Part shown: in pieces, positions 1 through 14,500 of the stretch
Layout: every line of letters begins with the position of its first letter
Numbering within the stretch: the first letter of the stretch is position 1
Source: Vicugna vicugna
Lineage: Eukaryota
Length of the DNA: 64,000 nucleotides
Reading direction: 5' to 3'
NCBI GenBank assembly: GCA_013265495.1
Contig: MU058781.1
Location: forward strand, 6,538,522-6,602,521
The notes under the pieces: model-generated
The model's database searches: none
Told to the model about the DNA's origin: nothing
The model's input: the letters and a program-made list of their open reading frames with translations, nothing else
Translations under genes and position numbers: made by a program

Positions 1-845
1 CTGCCTTGCGTGCACTTCGTTTGTTCACAGGAGAGACAGATCTCACGTTAAACATTCTTACTACAATTTACAAACAGCAACAACAGACCCCACCAAGCAC
101 TGCAAGTCAGGAAGCACCAGACATTTGAGGGAAGTGTCTCATAAGCGAAAACAATAATAAGAAAAAGAATTAGGAGAAAACTAGCTAAGCAAAAGCATTA
201 AGAAAAAACAAGCAAAGAAAACCAACCTCATCATTAACATCCTTAAACAATCAATAGGTAACAATTCTAAAACAGAAGCAGAGGATATAAAAAGGAAACA
301 TCTACAGAGAATAGAGGACCATTTGGAAATTAAAAAGTAATACTAGCCGAAGTAAAAATCTCAATAGGTGTGGTTAAAGACAAATTGAAGAAATCTCTCC
401 AGAAAGTACGACAAAGACAAAAAGTGGAGGGAAAGGGGAAAGTTAAAAAAACAATTTTTTTAAAAGCCAATATGGGGGTTAGAGGAGACAGAGCAATTCT
501 GGGAGCCAAAATGTCCACAATGGAGAAATGTTTTCAAAATTACGAAAATGATTTCCAATCTAAATCTACATTCTACCAAAATGTTACCAAGCATGGGGGC
601 AGAATAAAGATCCTTCCAGAAATGTAAGGTCTCAAAATTTTCTTCTTTGAGCCCTTGAGAAAGAAAGATAAACTCTCTCAAAACAAGGGAATAAGAAGGA
701 AGAAGTCACGATATCCAGGAAACAGATTCCTGTAAGAGGAAGCTAAAAGGAATCCGTTAGAATGGTTTTTAAAGAGACCCCCAAGACCATGAACAGCAGG
801 CCCAGGAAGCCCAGTGGCAGGAACAGGTTAAAAATTATGTGAAGA

Positions 846-3280
846 CCACCATCACCCTGATACCATAACCAGACAAAGATACCACGAAAAAAGAAAATTA
901 CAGACCAATATCACTAATGATCACATACGGAAAAATCCTCAACAAAATATTAGCAAACCACATCCCAGAATACATTAAAAGGGTCACATACCATGAACCC
1001 CAGGGATGCAAGGATTTTTCAATATCCAAAATCCAATGTGACACACCACGTTAACAAACTGTAATAAAACTGAATAAAAATCATATGATCATCTTAATAG
1101 ATGCAGGAACAGCTTTTGACAAAATTCAACATCCATTTGTGATAAAACCTGTCCAGAAAGTGGGCAAAGAGGGAACATACCTCAACATAATAGAGGCCAT
1201 ATTTGACCACCCACAGCTAACACCATACTCAACTGAAAGCATTTTCTCTAAGATTTAGAACAAGACAAGGGTGCCTACTCTCACCACTTTTATTCAACAT
1301 AGTATTGGAAGTCTTGGCCACAGCTATCAGAGAAGAAATAAAGGGAATCCAAATTGGAAAAGAGAACTGTCATTGTTTGCAGAAGACACAGTATTATACA
1401 TAGAAAATCCTAAAGATTCCACCAGAAAACTACTAAAGCTCATCAATGAACTCAGTAATGTTTCAGGACACAAAACTAATATATAGAAATCTGTTGCATT
1501 TCTATACTCAATAATGAAATATCAGAAAAAGTAATTAAGGAAACAATCCCATTTACCATCGCACCAAAAAGAATAAAATATCTAGGAATAAACCTACCTA
1601 AGGAGGTAAAAGATGTGTACTCGGAAAACTCTAAGACGCTGATGAAAGAAACTGAACACAAATAGATGGAAAAATACACCGTCTTCACGGATTAAAAGAT
1701 GTAATATTGTTAAAATGACTACACTATCCAAAGCAATCTACAGATTTAATGCAATTCCTATCAAAATACCCAGGGCATTTTTCACAGAAATAGAATAATT
1801 TTAAAATTTGTATGGAAACACATAAGATCCCAAATAGCCAAAACAATCTCGAGAAAGTACAGAGCTAGAGGAGTAACACTCCCTGGCTTCAGACTATACT
1901 ACAAAACTACAGTAATCAAAACAGTATGGTACTGACACAAAACCAGACACACAGATCAATGGAACAGAGCCCAGAAATAAACCCATACACTTATGGTCAA
2001 TTAATCTATAACAAAGGAGGCAAGAATATACAATGGAGAAAAAACAGTCTCTTCAATAAGTGGTGCTGGAAAAACTGGACAGCTACATGTAAAAGAATGA
2101 AATCAGAATATTTTCTCACACCGTTTATAAAAATAAACTCAAAATAGATGAAAGACCTAAATGTAAGGCCAGAAACCACAAAACTTCTTGAAGAAAACAC
2201 AGGCAGAACATTCTGACATAAATCGTAACAAAATTTTTTTGGCTTTATCTCCTAAAGCAAAGGAAATAAAAGTAAAAGTAAACATATGGGACTCAATTAG
2301 ATTAAAAGCTTTTCTACAAAAAAGGAAATCATCAACAAGATGAAAAGACAGCCTACTGAATGGGAGAAAACACTTGCTAATGATATGACCAATAAGGGAT
2401 TAATATGCATCATATATAAACAGCTCATACAACTTAACATCAAACAATTCCAAAGACCTGAACAGACATTTTTCCAAAGAAGATATACAGATGGGAAACA
2501 AGCACATGAAAAGATGCTCAACATCATTAATCATCATAGAAATGCCAACTGTAACTATAATGAGGTATCACCTTACACCTGTCACAATGGCTATCATCAG
2601 AAAGGCCACAAATAACAAACAGTGCAGCCACTACGGAAAACAGTATGACAGTTTCTCAAAAAACTAAAAATAGAACTACCATGACCCAGCAATTCCACTT
2701 CTGGGTATATATCCCAAAAGACCTAAATCCACTAATTCAAAATGATACATGTACCCCAATGTTCACGGCAGCACTACTTACAGCCGCCAAGATATGAAAG
2801 CAACCTAAGTGTCCATCAACAGATGAACAGATGCATACACACACAGCGGAAAACTGTACTCAGTCATAAAAAAGAATGAAATTTTGCCCTTTGCAACATG
2901 GATGGACTTGGAGCGTATTAAGTGAAGTTAATTTAAGTCAGACAGAAAAGGACAAATACTGTATGGTATCACTTGCACGTGGAATCTAAAAAGTGAAACA
3001 CTATAGTGAATATAACAAAAAGGAAACAGACTCACAGATATAGAGTATAAACTAGTGGTTACCAGAGGAGGAGGAGTGCAAAATAGGGGTAGGAAATTAA
3101 CAGGTACAAACTATTTTGTATAAAATAAGTAAGCTACAAAAATATATGATACCACAGACGGAATACAGTCAGTATTAAATGGAATATAACCTTTAAACAT
3201 TGTGTACATCTGTAACTAATATAATATTGCACATCAACTATCTCAATTAAAAAAAACTAAAAACCAATCCAAAAACTTTT
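846..3280 (+). mobile_element. 5'-truncated LINE-1 (degenerate ORF2 3' half, 3' UTR, A-rich tail)
   Basis: ORF2 remnants ([61 protein letters not shown]); TSD-like TTAAAAAYTATGT at about 828 and 3281. Confidence 0.93.
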
Positions 3281-4122
3281 TTAAAAACTATGTAAGAAAT
3301 TTTTAGATACTGAAAACCAGCCAATGTCCCTCAAATAACTGAGATGAGATCTAAACAAATAGGAGAAGAAAATGTTAATAAAAAGAGGGAATCACTGATG
3401 CTGGAAAAAACCAAAATTCTGTACAGGAAAGAAAATCACAGTACATCACACAGCATTTGTATATGCAGCACACTGATCTAACCACACAGTGTCACTTGTA
3501 ATAGGACTGAGGGCAATGCTACCTCTGTGAAAGAAAGCTAAACTCTAATTCCATAATGGGAGGAGAAAAAAACATATTTAAAAATCCTGACTAAAATGGT
3601 TAACACGTCACAAAACAGGAGAAATTTTGCTATAGGTACTAACTGACAAAATACTAATATCCAGAATATATAAAGAACTTCTACAAATCAATAAGCAAAA
3701 CGATTATAAAAACGGCCCAAAAAACTTATAAAAAGAACTCACAAAAAATGAAATCAAGTAGAGTTCAAATATGAGAATCCTCATATAATGCTGATAGGAT
3801 GTGAACTGGCACAAGCCATTAGAAAAAGTTTGTTATCTTCTGAAGCATAAGATGCATGCCTTTTAATCACAATCCCTTTCCCAGTGTACACCTTACAGAA
3901 ACATACATGCGTGTCCCAAAGCACATACACAAGAGTGTGCAGAGCTAGAGCTGCATTCCCTAGAAGCTAAGAGTAACTCAAACATTCATCAACAGTATAT
4001 AGATAAAATGTGGTAATATTCACCCTGTGCTTTACTCTACAGTGAAGAAAATGAACAAACTATACGCAATAACATGGATGAACCTTAGAAATAAGACAGT
4101 GAAAGAAGCAAGAATCAATACA

Positions 4123-4260
4123 GGGGGAGGGTACAGCTTAGTGGTAGAGCAGGCACTTAGCACGCATGAGATCCTGGGTTCGATTCCCAGTACCTCTGTT
4201 GAGTCTGAAAATGAATAATAATTAACAAATAAACCTAATTAACCCTCCCCCAGAAAAAAG
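4123..4260 (+). mobile_element. tRNA-derived SINE (camelid vic-1-like), copy 1
   Basis: GGGGGAGGGTACAGCTTAGTGGTAGAGC (A box)...GGGTTCGATTCCC (B box); shared tail AAATAAACCTAATTA. Confidence 0.88.
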
Positions 4261-4280
4261 TAGTTTAAAACAAAATTCTC

Positions 4281-4431
4281 GGGGGACGGTATAGCTCAGT
4301 GGCAGAGCACATGCTTAGCATACATGAGGCCCTGAGTTCAACGCCCAGTACTTACAGTAAAAATAAATAAATAAACCTAATGACCACCTCCCACCCCCCA
4401 AAAAAAGAAAAGAGAAGAAAAAGAAAAACAA
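4281..4431 (+). mobile_element. tRNA-derived SINE, copy 2 (tandem with copy 1)
   Basis: GGTATAGCTCAGTGGCAGAGC...GAGTTCAACGCCC; AAATAAACCTAAT tail and A-rich end. Confidence 0.88.
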
Positions 4432-5251
4432 AAGACTGAATACAGTAAGATTCCATTTATACAGTCAAAAATCAGGCAAAACTGTATTTTCCAGAGATGC
4501 ATGTATTGGCAATTAACCTTAAATAAAACCCAAGAAAAGTGATGCCCATAAAAGCCAAGATACCACCAGAGCGAGGAAAGTGAACACAAGGGCTACAGAA
4601 GGGGTCCCTGGGGTGGTCACAGAGCATTTGCTTCAGTATTGACACTGTTCATTTGTGTTTCATGCTTAGTTCTAAGTGAGGTTGTATTTCACAATTAGAA
4701 AAACACACATAGTGCAATTTTGAGGAAATATATCATCGTAATACAGTGTGATCAGCCATATTAAAAAGGCCACAAGAATGTCTGTTTAAATATGCAAATC
4801 AAGTGAAAGGCTAGCATCATCAGATAGAAAGTGCCATGAGGCACCTCGGCCAGACTGTCCCAGGAAACGGCAGTGGAGCTGCGGTACAACTTTCCAAAGT
4901 AAATTCAATCATGAAGAGGATTAGAAAATATAGTTCAAATCTAGACTAGTGTGCCCCAAAATTTAGATGGGGAGAACCAGGACTGAATGAATCCCATTGC
5001 TAAATCAAAGAGTGAGAAATAATTATATTTTAATCAAACACTTTCATACCTTAAAAATGCTTAATTGTGTGAAAGTTGGGAATGTTGTTCATAGGTAAAT
5101 CCAAACATATATGTCTCTATTCTGCCAAGTACAGGAGATAGTTAAAAACAACAAAAAAAGGACATGCATAGTTTCAAAGTTCAAAGAAACAAATGTTAAG
5201 ACATACAGAACCCAAGTATGAATACAAACTACATCACTACTACATACTTAC

Positions 5252-5524
5252 TGGAATTAGGAGCTGTTCCAGAGCCAAATGCAGACTGACCAGGCTGCTG
5301 CCCAAACACAGGAGGTTGGCTACTGCTGGACACTGTCCCAAAAGTAGGTGGTGCAGGCTGAGAACCAGCAGAAAATAATGCTGCTGAAGACGACATGGAT
5401 CCAAAGCCTGGGGGATTAGGCTGGCTGGCACCTTGACTTTGTCCAAATGTTGGGGTCTGGTTAGCACCAAAGGCTGGACTGGCAGATGGTGCTGAAGGTC
5501 CAGTGCCAAACACAAAGGAGGATC
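5252..5524 (-). CDS. NUP153: NUP153 exon 20 (273 nt), FG region
   Basis: ctctag|[30 protein letters not shown]...[11 protein letters not shown]|gtaagt. Confidence 0.97.
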
Positions 5525-8500
5525 CTAGAGGCCCACAGAAACACTGAGTCACCACAATGGCTAAACTGAGATAATCCTCAATCAAGAAAGCTCTATGAAC
5601 TGAAAAGCAAATTTCAAGCTTCTTTTCAGACTTTTACCTTGTTGACCAAATCTCATCAAGACAAGTTCTGAATAATGATTAAGAATACAGTTCTCTCTAC
5701 CGTGATTTAGTAAAACCATACAGAATCCATACAAACAAAAATTTCTATTAACAAGACTCCTACCTTGGAAGCCAGAATTTTTTAGGCAAAGAAATATATG
5801 TAGGAAGACAACTAATCTCCCATCAGAAATTTAAGACTGCAGAAATCAGCTAATGTTGTGATCATGTATCTACTGAGTAATGAGAACTATTGTCTAATAA
5901 AATAATCCCCAGCGTCTGGCTATTTACAACTTAATATTTCAAAAACAAAACCACTTGGAAAATCTAACGATTACATTCCTAATGAGATTAGAAGAACCAC
6001 TTCCAAGAGTTAATTGCATTAAACTTGAACACAAGATGTACATTATTCCACATAATGAATAATCACAACATCCTGGGTAGAGATGATCCAAAGGCAGCCA
6101 CGCTCTTCTGTGAAAACCTGCTATATCATCTGCAAAGAGCTGATCTACTTATAATGAAAGCCAATGCAACTATAACCTTTTTTTCTTTTTTAAATGTACC
6201 TGCAGAGCTAGATGTAGTTGTAGCTCCAAAGTTGAAACCAGAGGTTCCAGTGTTATTACTGCTGGCTCCTGGACCGAAGATAAATGGGGTGACAGCTGAA
6301 CCACTGCTCGACGTGGTTGCTGGTTTGCTCTCTTGAGAAAACAGCAAAGACTGAGATGTACTGGACTCGGCAGAGTTACCAAAGGCAGAGCTGCTCACAG
6401 GATTGCTGGCCTGTCCAAACACAAAGGCATGCACAGGCGCACTGGAGGTCGAGGTGGAACTGCCAAACAGGCCGCCACTAGCTACAGTGGCTGGTGTACT
6501 TGAATTAGAGGAATTGTTGTTCAAAAAACTAAAAACTGGCTTTGCTGAACCTTGATCTGCAAGACAGAAATTAAGAAATAAACAAAAATCTTTAAGAACA
6601 AGTAATGCCAAAAAGCATTTTTTCCTACCCTAGAGTCTAAGAGCCCGTTGGAAAACAGAATCGTTCATTATTCTTATAGGTCCGTTCACTGAATAGACGT
6701 CTGTCATATTAAAGTTTGATGTAGTTAAATACATTCATCTTTTCTTTTATGGCTTATGGATTTTCTTACATAGCAAAACCTTCAGCATTCAGATTAATTA
6801 AAAATATTCCTTAAGTCCAAATCTAACTTGATATTGTATTTGGATAGCAAATTCCAAGAGTGGGAGATAGCTATACCTTTATAAATTTGATTTTGCAATT
6901 TATGTTAGCAGGATTGTAATTTCCATTTACCTTAATGGGATCCGATTTTCTCTGCAGCCTTTATTGACTAGTGTACCCTCTGTTCACTAATTTCTAACTC
7001 CAGTTTTATGACACATTAAACTTCCAAATACATGTATCTTTGTTTTCTCTAGTTACTGTTACCAGACTCTTTTAGATATTGTAGCTTTGCAGTATGGTTT
7101 GATATTAGTAGGTCAAAACTGACCACGTCTGCCCTTCTACCCAAAATTTCTTTTCTGATTGAAGTATAGTCAGTTACAATGTGTCAATTTCTGGGGTACA
7201 GCATAATGCCCCAGTCATGTATATATATTCGTTTTCATATTCTTTTTCATTTACCCCAAATTTCTTGTCCACTTTCCCCTCCATACGAATTTTAGAATTC
7301 GCTTAAGCTTGTCAAGTGCCACAAAAATTCCTCTAAGAAGTGGAATTATATTGGGGTAAGATGGGGAGTAAAGGATATTCTCATTCAGAAATAGGTGTAA
7401 AATATGTGTATTTTTTGTTCTCTTAACTATTTAAGCATGTTGCAGGTTCTGTTGATACTATAAAATACAAATTGTAAATCTTAGAAAATACAAATGAGGT
7501 ATGTTATCCAAATATTTATTATTGATTGGAAGGAAAGCTATTGATTTTTTATACACTGACCCTGAATCCAGCTACCTTACTGAAGACTTTTTTTAAAACT
7601 TGTTCCAATAATCTCAGTTCCAATACTATCTACCAGACGGAGCTCATCACATTATGGTATGGGTACTGGTAGAATTTACATAAAATGGAGCATGTTGGCT
7701 CACTTTCAAGTTGTAATATAGGAAGGTTAAAAATGTCCATTTCAATAAACAGTATAGTGATACCACAAATACATTTGATTAGACCCATCTCATTTTTATT
7801 CTTTTCTAAATAATAATTTATAAATTAGTTTTTGTTTTCTTTGAAGGGTGTTGAAGGGTGTTTTTAAATTTTCAAGTAAAAATTTTATAGACAAAAACTG
7901 CTCACATCAATATACTGAATTCCATACAATTTCTTTTCAGGTTAATTCTTTTTTTTTGCGTTTCCAGTTTATTATACAAAAGTATTCGTGGGTGTTCAAC
8001 TTTTGATTATTTGCTTGTCTGCAAAAAACACCTATATGTTGCTCTTATGTCTGATAATACCTGGCTGGTTTCAGAATCCTAGGCTCAAGACCGTGTTTTC
8101 ACTGTGAGGACACTGCTCTACTGTTTTTAGTATCTGATGTTACAAACTAGAGGGCTAATGCTAGCCTGATAACCTATTTATTTGTGACAAACTGCTTTTC
8201 TCTCTCTAAAAGCATTCAGGATTTTGGCTTGGATGTCCTAAAAATTGGTCTTTGTCAATGAACAGGTCATTTCCATTTTTAAGACCAGCGTCTTTCTTCC
8301 TTTACATCTAGGAAATTTTCTCTGTCACTTCTTTGATATTTCCTCCATACTGTTCTCATTCTTAAGCCCTCCTATTTCAATGGAAACTGTGGATTCAGCG
8401 TAGATCCATCTCTGTTCTTTTGCATTATTCTGGGAAACCCTACTTCACTAATCTGATTATCAGCTACGTTTTTTCTGCTACTCAGTCCACACAATGATTT

Positions 8501-11500
8501 TATTTCACCAACTGTTTTTAACTTTAAAAAATGCTATTTCATGTTTTCTTCAGGATTTTAGTTTTCATAATCACCTCAATTTCTCAGGGATTTATTATAT
8601 TTATTGTCTATGTCCCTTAAGTGCCAGATGATGTGTCTCTATCTGTAAATGAAGGCCTGTACATTAAGATTTTATTAGTTAGAAAGTATTTCATGAGCTT
8701 AAGAAAAAAAATACCTATTTTCCTGAATAATATTTGTCAACTCTGATTATAAAGGCCCAACAGAAGGGAGAAACATACACACATACAAACATGGTGGGCT
8801 TTCTATTAAAGCTGTATTTCTCAAAACTGGATCTGCAGATAACTTCCTCAGAACTCGGGGAGTTTGGAGCAGTTGAAACCGAAAATCCTCAGCTCCTTCC
8901 CAGAGTTCTGTTACTGGTGCTCTCTCAAGTATATACACCATTCCTTGATTTGCTGCATTTGTTCAGAGATCAAGGACACCTTGTAAAAAATGTGTAGTAC
9001 TTACCAGCAGTAGTACTGGTCTGAGCTCCAAAAGCAAAAGTGGGCTTTGCTGGCTGTTCAGAGTCCTTCTCCGATGGCTTTGTCATATTGAAACTAAAGG
9101 TCGACTTGGAAGAGCCCTCATCTTTGGTTTGCTCTGAATTCCCAAAGGAAAACACTGGTTGACACTTTGGCTCTTCATTATCAGGTTTCTTCCCAAACAC
9201 TAGAGAAGTAGATGTGACAGGCTCTTGCTGTTTCTCTTCTGTCCTTCCCAAAACAAACGAGGCAGATGGCAGGGGGGCAGGGTCCACGCTCCCAAAAGTG
9301 AACCCTCCTTTGGTGGCAGGTGTTTCTTCTTTTTTTGCTTGTGACGTCTTACTCGTGAAAGGAGCCACCGAGACACTCTTGGTATCTATGGTTCCAAAAC
9401 TGAAGCTGCTCTTGCTCTCAGAGGTCACTACGGTGTCAGTAGCAGCAGGGGGAGGGTTAATGACACCTGAACCAAAGCTAAAGCCTGCAGATGAAGATTT
9501 AGGCAGTTCCTCTTTCTTTTCTTGCTGCCCAAGATTAGACACCCCAAACTGAAATGGAACTAAAGAAGCTGGATTGCTTAAACCAGAAGGAAGTCCAAAC
9601 TTAAAATTATTATCATTTTTACTGTCTTTTTTAACTTCTTCAGGTTTAGAATCAGACGCAATTCCAAATTTAAAATCTCCTATTGGTTTAGAAAATTTAA
9701 AGCCTTCATTCATGGGGTTTACAGACCCAGAATCTGATGACACACCTACTTTGAAGCCTCCTTGATCTCCAAATTTAAAATTTCCAGTGTTTGTTGAAGT
9801 CTGAGAGGGCCCAGAAGAGGAAGATGGGATACCAAATTTGAAGGCTGAGGTTGCTGGGTTTGAAGATGAGGAAGATGTGCCAATGCCTTCAAAAAGATAA
9901 AATAACAAGATATTGAGTTAATATTATGCTCCCAAACAAAATGCCAGTCTTGAAAAGCAAAGGGATACAGGAAAAACTCTGAAAAGGCCTACAGAAACAG
10001 CAGTAAGTAAGAACCAAGTCTCCCAACACTCAGCCTGAGAAGTCCATCTCAAGCCTCACAACCATGATGACGTGCCCCTTCCCCTCGGCCAGACCGGCAG
10101 AGATCAAACACGTCTGGCCAAAGTGTGGCTGATGAGAGTAGGAGTGACACTTTAAACAAGGCAGGTAGATGTGTAAGTTAGCATAAAATTTGTGGGAGGC
10201 AACTTGTCAATATGTACCCCAAATTACAAACATATACATACACCCTTTGACCAGCAAAATACAGCCAAGTCTTTATTTTTAAAGATAAACTCATGGACAT
10301 GCAAAATGCCATAGGCAACCCAGACAGCTGTAAATGAAGAACAAAGAAATGCCCAGGCTAACCCATGGTAAAGTCAAGGGCAGGAAGGCAGTGTGGTATA
10401 CAACCTTTCCTAGCAAGGTAGAGAGAAGTAAGACTACAGAGAGTAGAAGTGTATTTGCTCATCACGTGCATAAAGAAACTTCAGTTATAAGAAACTAACC
10501 ACAGACAGCTATTGCCTTTGGTGGGAGAGGAAGGATGGAAAATAACACAGTGAGGACAAGAGACGTACTTTTCATTGTGAATCCTGTCATAATTTGCTTT
10601 TTAAATCTTGTGCATAAATGTGTTATTTACTCAGGAACTAAAATTTTTAGCACCAAAGAGACAGAATTACATGAGTGGAAGTGATATTTTAAATGATGAA
10701 AATGCAAAATCAAGGTGCTCAGTTTCATAATGCTTTTTCATAGCAGAATAAACTAGAAGTGAAGCCCCCGAGTGAAGTGGCCCAGCACAGACATCATTCA
10801 GCGATGCCCAGTGTTTACCCATGGCTCTGCTCACCCGCGTATCAGCAAGGACCGGCAACGGCCCAGCTCCACAAGCGCTCTCCTTCAGATCCGCCCCCTG
10901 GATGACTACCCACCCTGCCTTCTTCCCCTAAGATACTTATTTGAAAAACTGTACCAGACTCTCAGAAGCAAATGGCTATCCACATGGCCTCTGAGATACC
11001 TCAAGTGATTATAAGACAAAGAGCTAAAAATAAAGATGCCAAAGACAGTAATTAACTAGTCATCACCTCTGCCTCAAAGGTATTCAAAGGCACTTCTGCC
11101 TCACAAGGTCGGATTTAAAGGTATGGTGATGACTGTACTTCAGGCAGGGCAGGTGGAGAAGGGACCAGGAGGTAACAGCTACAAAAGAGCTAAAGCAGAC
11201 TTGAAAGCAGTGATCTTCTAAAACCCAAATGCAGTGTTTTTCAAACCAGTTGTAACCCATTCGTCATGCCATTAATCCAGTGGGCTGCAACCAGCACTGT
11301 CCTTCTAAAATGAAGAGAATAGAAAATATACTTATCTTCATTGCTGACCAGCAAATAATCTGACTTCAGAGTAACTCAGAGATAGACATGAGCTAAAAGC
11401 ACAGGATAAGACCTCGCTTATATGAATTTTCAATAGAGAATGAAGAATTTTAAAACCAAAGTTGTCTACAAAGTGGACGTGTAAGGAGGCACTTTACCAA

Positions 11501-14500
11501 CACCTTACCTTTGAACTCAGACTTGGTGCCTGGCTTTGCACTTTCACATGCCACACATTTGGTAGCATCTGCTTTGTTCTCCACTAGGCACACGTTACAG
11601 TCCCAGCTTCCCTCGGGTTTCTTGAACTTGTCCAATCCCAGGCAGCCTCCAGACGACAGAGACACAGGGACAGTGCTGCTGCTAGAAGCAGGTACTGAAC
11701 TTCCTAAAAAATTTTGGGGAAACAGGAAAATTCTAATTTACATGATGTCCATATCTCAGTGACACCACTAAGTCTAAATGTTCAAGTTTTATTAGTGTTT
11801 CCTATTAAGATAAGAGAAAATACAAAAAAAACCCCAAAAAACCAGTACAGACACCTCAGATTTCTTTTAATCTTATAAATGAGCAACTCACACTCACCTT
11901 GCTCAATGATGAGTTCCCTCTTAACCCCAAGTTTGAATTGCCATGGTTTTTAAAAATCATGCTCTCAAATCAGAGCCTCAAAGACTAAATTTTCCTTCAG
12001 AATCTTTATCCAATTTTCTTAAACAGCACAGCATTATAAAACATAAGTTATAAATCGTAGGCAATAGCCTAACACATAAAATACATAGCCCAGACCATTA
12101 ATTTCAAGACTGCAAAGCTCAGATCTGCCTTTGAAATGACCATTTTTGCATGGAAGTGTTCCATTATCCACTTTGCAATTCAACCAACTATGTTCATGGC
12201 ATTTCTGTTACAAGGTAGCCATTTAACAGACATTTATTAAGCACCAACGTTCTTAGGTTCTGAGGACATAAAGATGAATAAAATGGTGCTTCGCTTCTAA
12301 AGGTGCTCATGGTCTACAAAAGGGGAAAGTAGAACAAGCGGAAATACACAGCAGCACCACCACCAAGACGGAGAGTGACAAACGATCTAAACAAGAGTGA
12401 ATGACTACAGAACAGGAGATGGATTCACTGAGGTGACATTTACATTTTTAAGCAGAACTAGCAACTTTGCGGGGAGCGGCGGCACAGGAAGGACGGCTCA
12501 GCAAGGCACCGCTGCGTGAAGAAATACAGTGTTGAGAGTGGAGCCATTCATTCTGGTACCCCCACTTCTCTAAATGTTCTCCAAACTGCTGTCACTTCTC
12601 CCAGTTACCTGATCCATGGTTTACTAGTATGTTCTTGTCCCTCTTGCCAATAAAATTGCGCCATCTTTCATCCACTGTCTTTCTCACTTCTCATCTACTC
12701 TGATGGTTTGAATCACCAACAAAACCATTTTCTGATCTGCACCTGCGACCCACACTTCTGAGTTTCATCCCTGTGGTATCTCTTCGTTGGTGATTCCACT
12801 ATCAACCCTGCTACCCCAGCTAGACGGCAATCTTCCCTTACATATCTCTCCGATCTACTTCATTCTCTTTCTCACCCTTCTATGGCTATTCTGGTTCAAG
12901 ACCCCTCATCTCAGCCACTTTATTGAGACCTCTGGATGTGTTCCCTTGAAATCCACCCTTCTAGAAAGCAACCAGCACCATATGGTATTTGTTTTCCTTC
13001 TCTGGTTACTCCTTTAAAAGATGAACTGTTCCAGTCTTATTCCTGCTACTCCCTTAAGTTAGCAGAGTTCAGTTTTAGGCTGTCTTCTGTATTTGCTCTG
13101 CTCGCTCACCTTACATCACCTTTACTCCCACGACTTATTGAAACCTACGCTGATGACTCCCAAATCTTTATCTCCAGCCCAGAGGTTCCACTATCAGTAT
13201 ATCCAAAGGCCTCGCACGTATCGGTCAACTTTAGCAGCTTGAAATTAACATGCCTTCAGCTGTACATTTCTACACCCCACCCTTATTTGATTTCATTAGT
13301 GTACATCACTACTATCTCTACCAATATTATTGATACAACTCCCTAATCTGTCCTCTGGTCTCCAAATTTTGTTGCCTTCCAAAATACCCTCCAAAAAGCC
13401 AATGAGTGATTTATTAAAAATACATTAACTGTATCATTTTCTGCTTACAATGATCGTTTGTCCTCTACAGGATAAAGATGAAGTTTTTAAATACATATAT
13501 GAACTCCCCTTGTTTGTGTAACTATTTTCTGACTCAGTTTTATTCTTCCATCAACTCAGAATTAATTTTGGTTTCCTGCATACATCAAGGGCTTTATTTA
13601 TTTATTTATTTATTTAGGGGAGGAGGAGCCATGCCAGATGGGAAGGGAAAGGTGTTTCAGAATAAAGATTCAGAAATTTTATTCCTGTGGAGATGTCTAG
13701 TAGGAATTAGGAATATGGCTCACCCCTTGTGTTAAGACAAGGGGTCTAGGCCACTAACTCAAGAGCTTTCCATTGCAGACATAAAACCACGCATCCATGA
13801 ATAATGCAATAAAAATAGGAAGTATAATTCCCAGGATACTCATAACATGTTTTATTTCGTATCCATGTTACCATATATCTGTACCAAATAATTTTATAAT
13901 AGCATTACAAAAACAGCAAAGTCATTTCCAAATGAATGAAAGATCAATGTAAAACGTCAGTAATTCTTTCAAAACTGAACAGAGAAATAGGAAAAACTCA
14001 AATCTAACTCCATTTTTCTGGCTGCCTAATAGAATTTTTTCATTAATGATTCAGTAATTTACTATCATTGCAATATCTCTGTCAGATAGCACATAGAGGT
14101 ACAGGTATCACCATTAACATTCAGCCACAGCCTTTCCAAAAAGCAACATTATCTAACTCTTAATGAAACCATCCTTGGAAATAACTACTAGCCATCCTCA
14201 CTTCTACTTAAAGAAACAAAGTAATATTTTATTCTGTATAAACGTTTGAGAAAGACTGCCCTGTTCTAAGACCTTTGCATCTTTATAAGCCAACTTTGAA
14301 AATCATCATGAAAAGCAAGAAGTTTTGGATAAAAATTCATACAAAGAAGAGGTCAAAGCATATGCTGGACTGATTAACAATACCCTGTCCTAAGAAAACA
14401 TGCAGTTCCAGGCCCAAGCAAGTCATTTTAGTCTCAAGACAGTTCAGAAAAATTAGGACGTATGAGGAAATGCTCATCCTGAAATATCTAAAATACTGAA

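Noticed and set aside
1271..2615. ORFs resembling reverse-transcriptase protein, also at 45045-45701
   Set aside because: Frameshifted, stop-interrupted LINE-1 ORF2 remnants, not a functional gene.
4123..4200. tRNA-like sequences with A and B boxes (also at 4281, 22690, 30793, 36143, 36600, 41139)
   Set aside because: They share a non-tRNA A-rich tail, several have TSDs and all are mutually diverged; they are SINEs, not tRNA genes.
9214..9765. Plus-strand ORFs antisense to exon 18 (similarly 14619-15008, 6025-6336, 11511-11762)
   Set aside because: Shadow ORFs from codon bias of the NUP153 exons; mostly non-ATG starts and no recognisable product.
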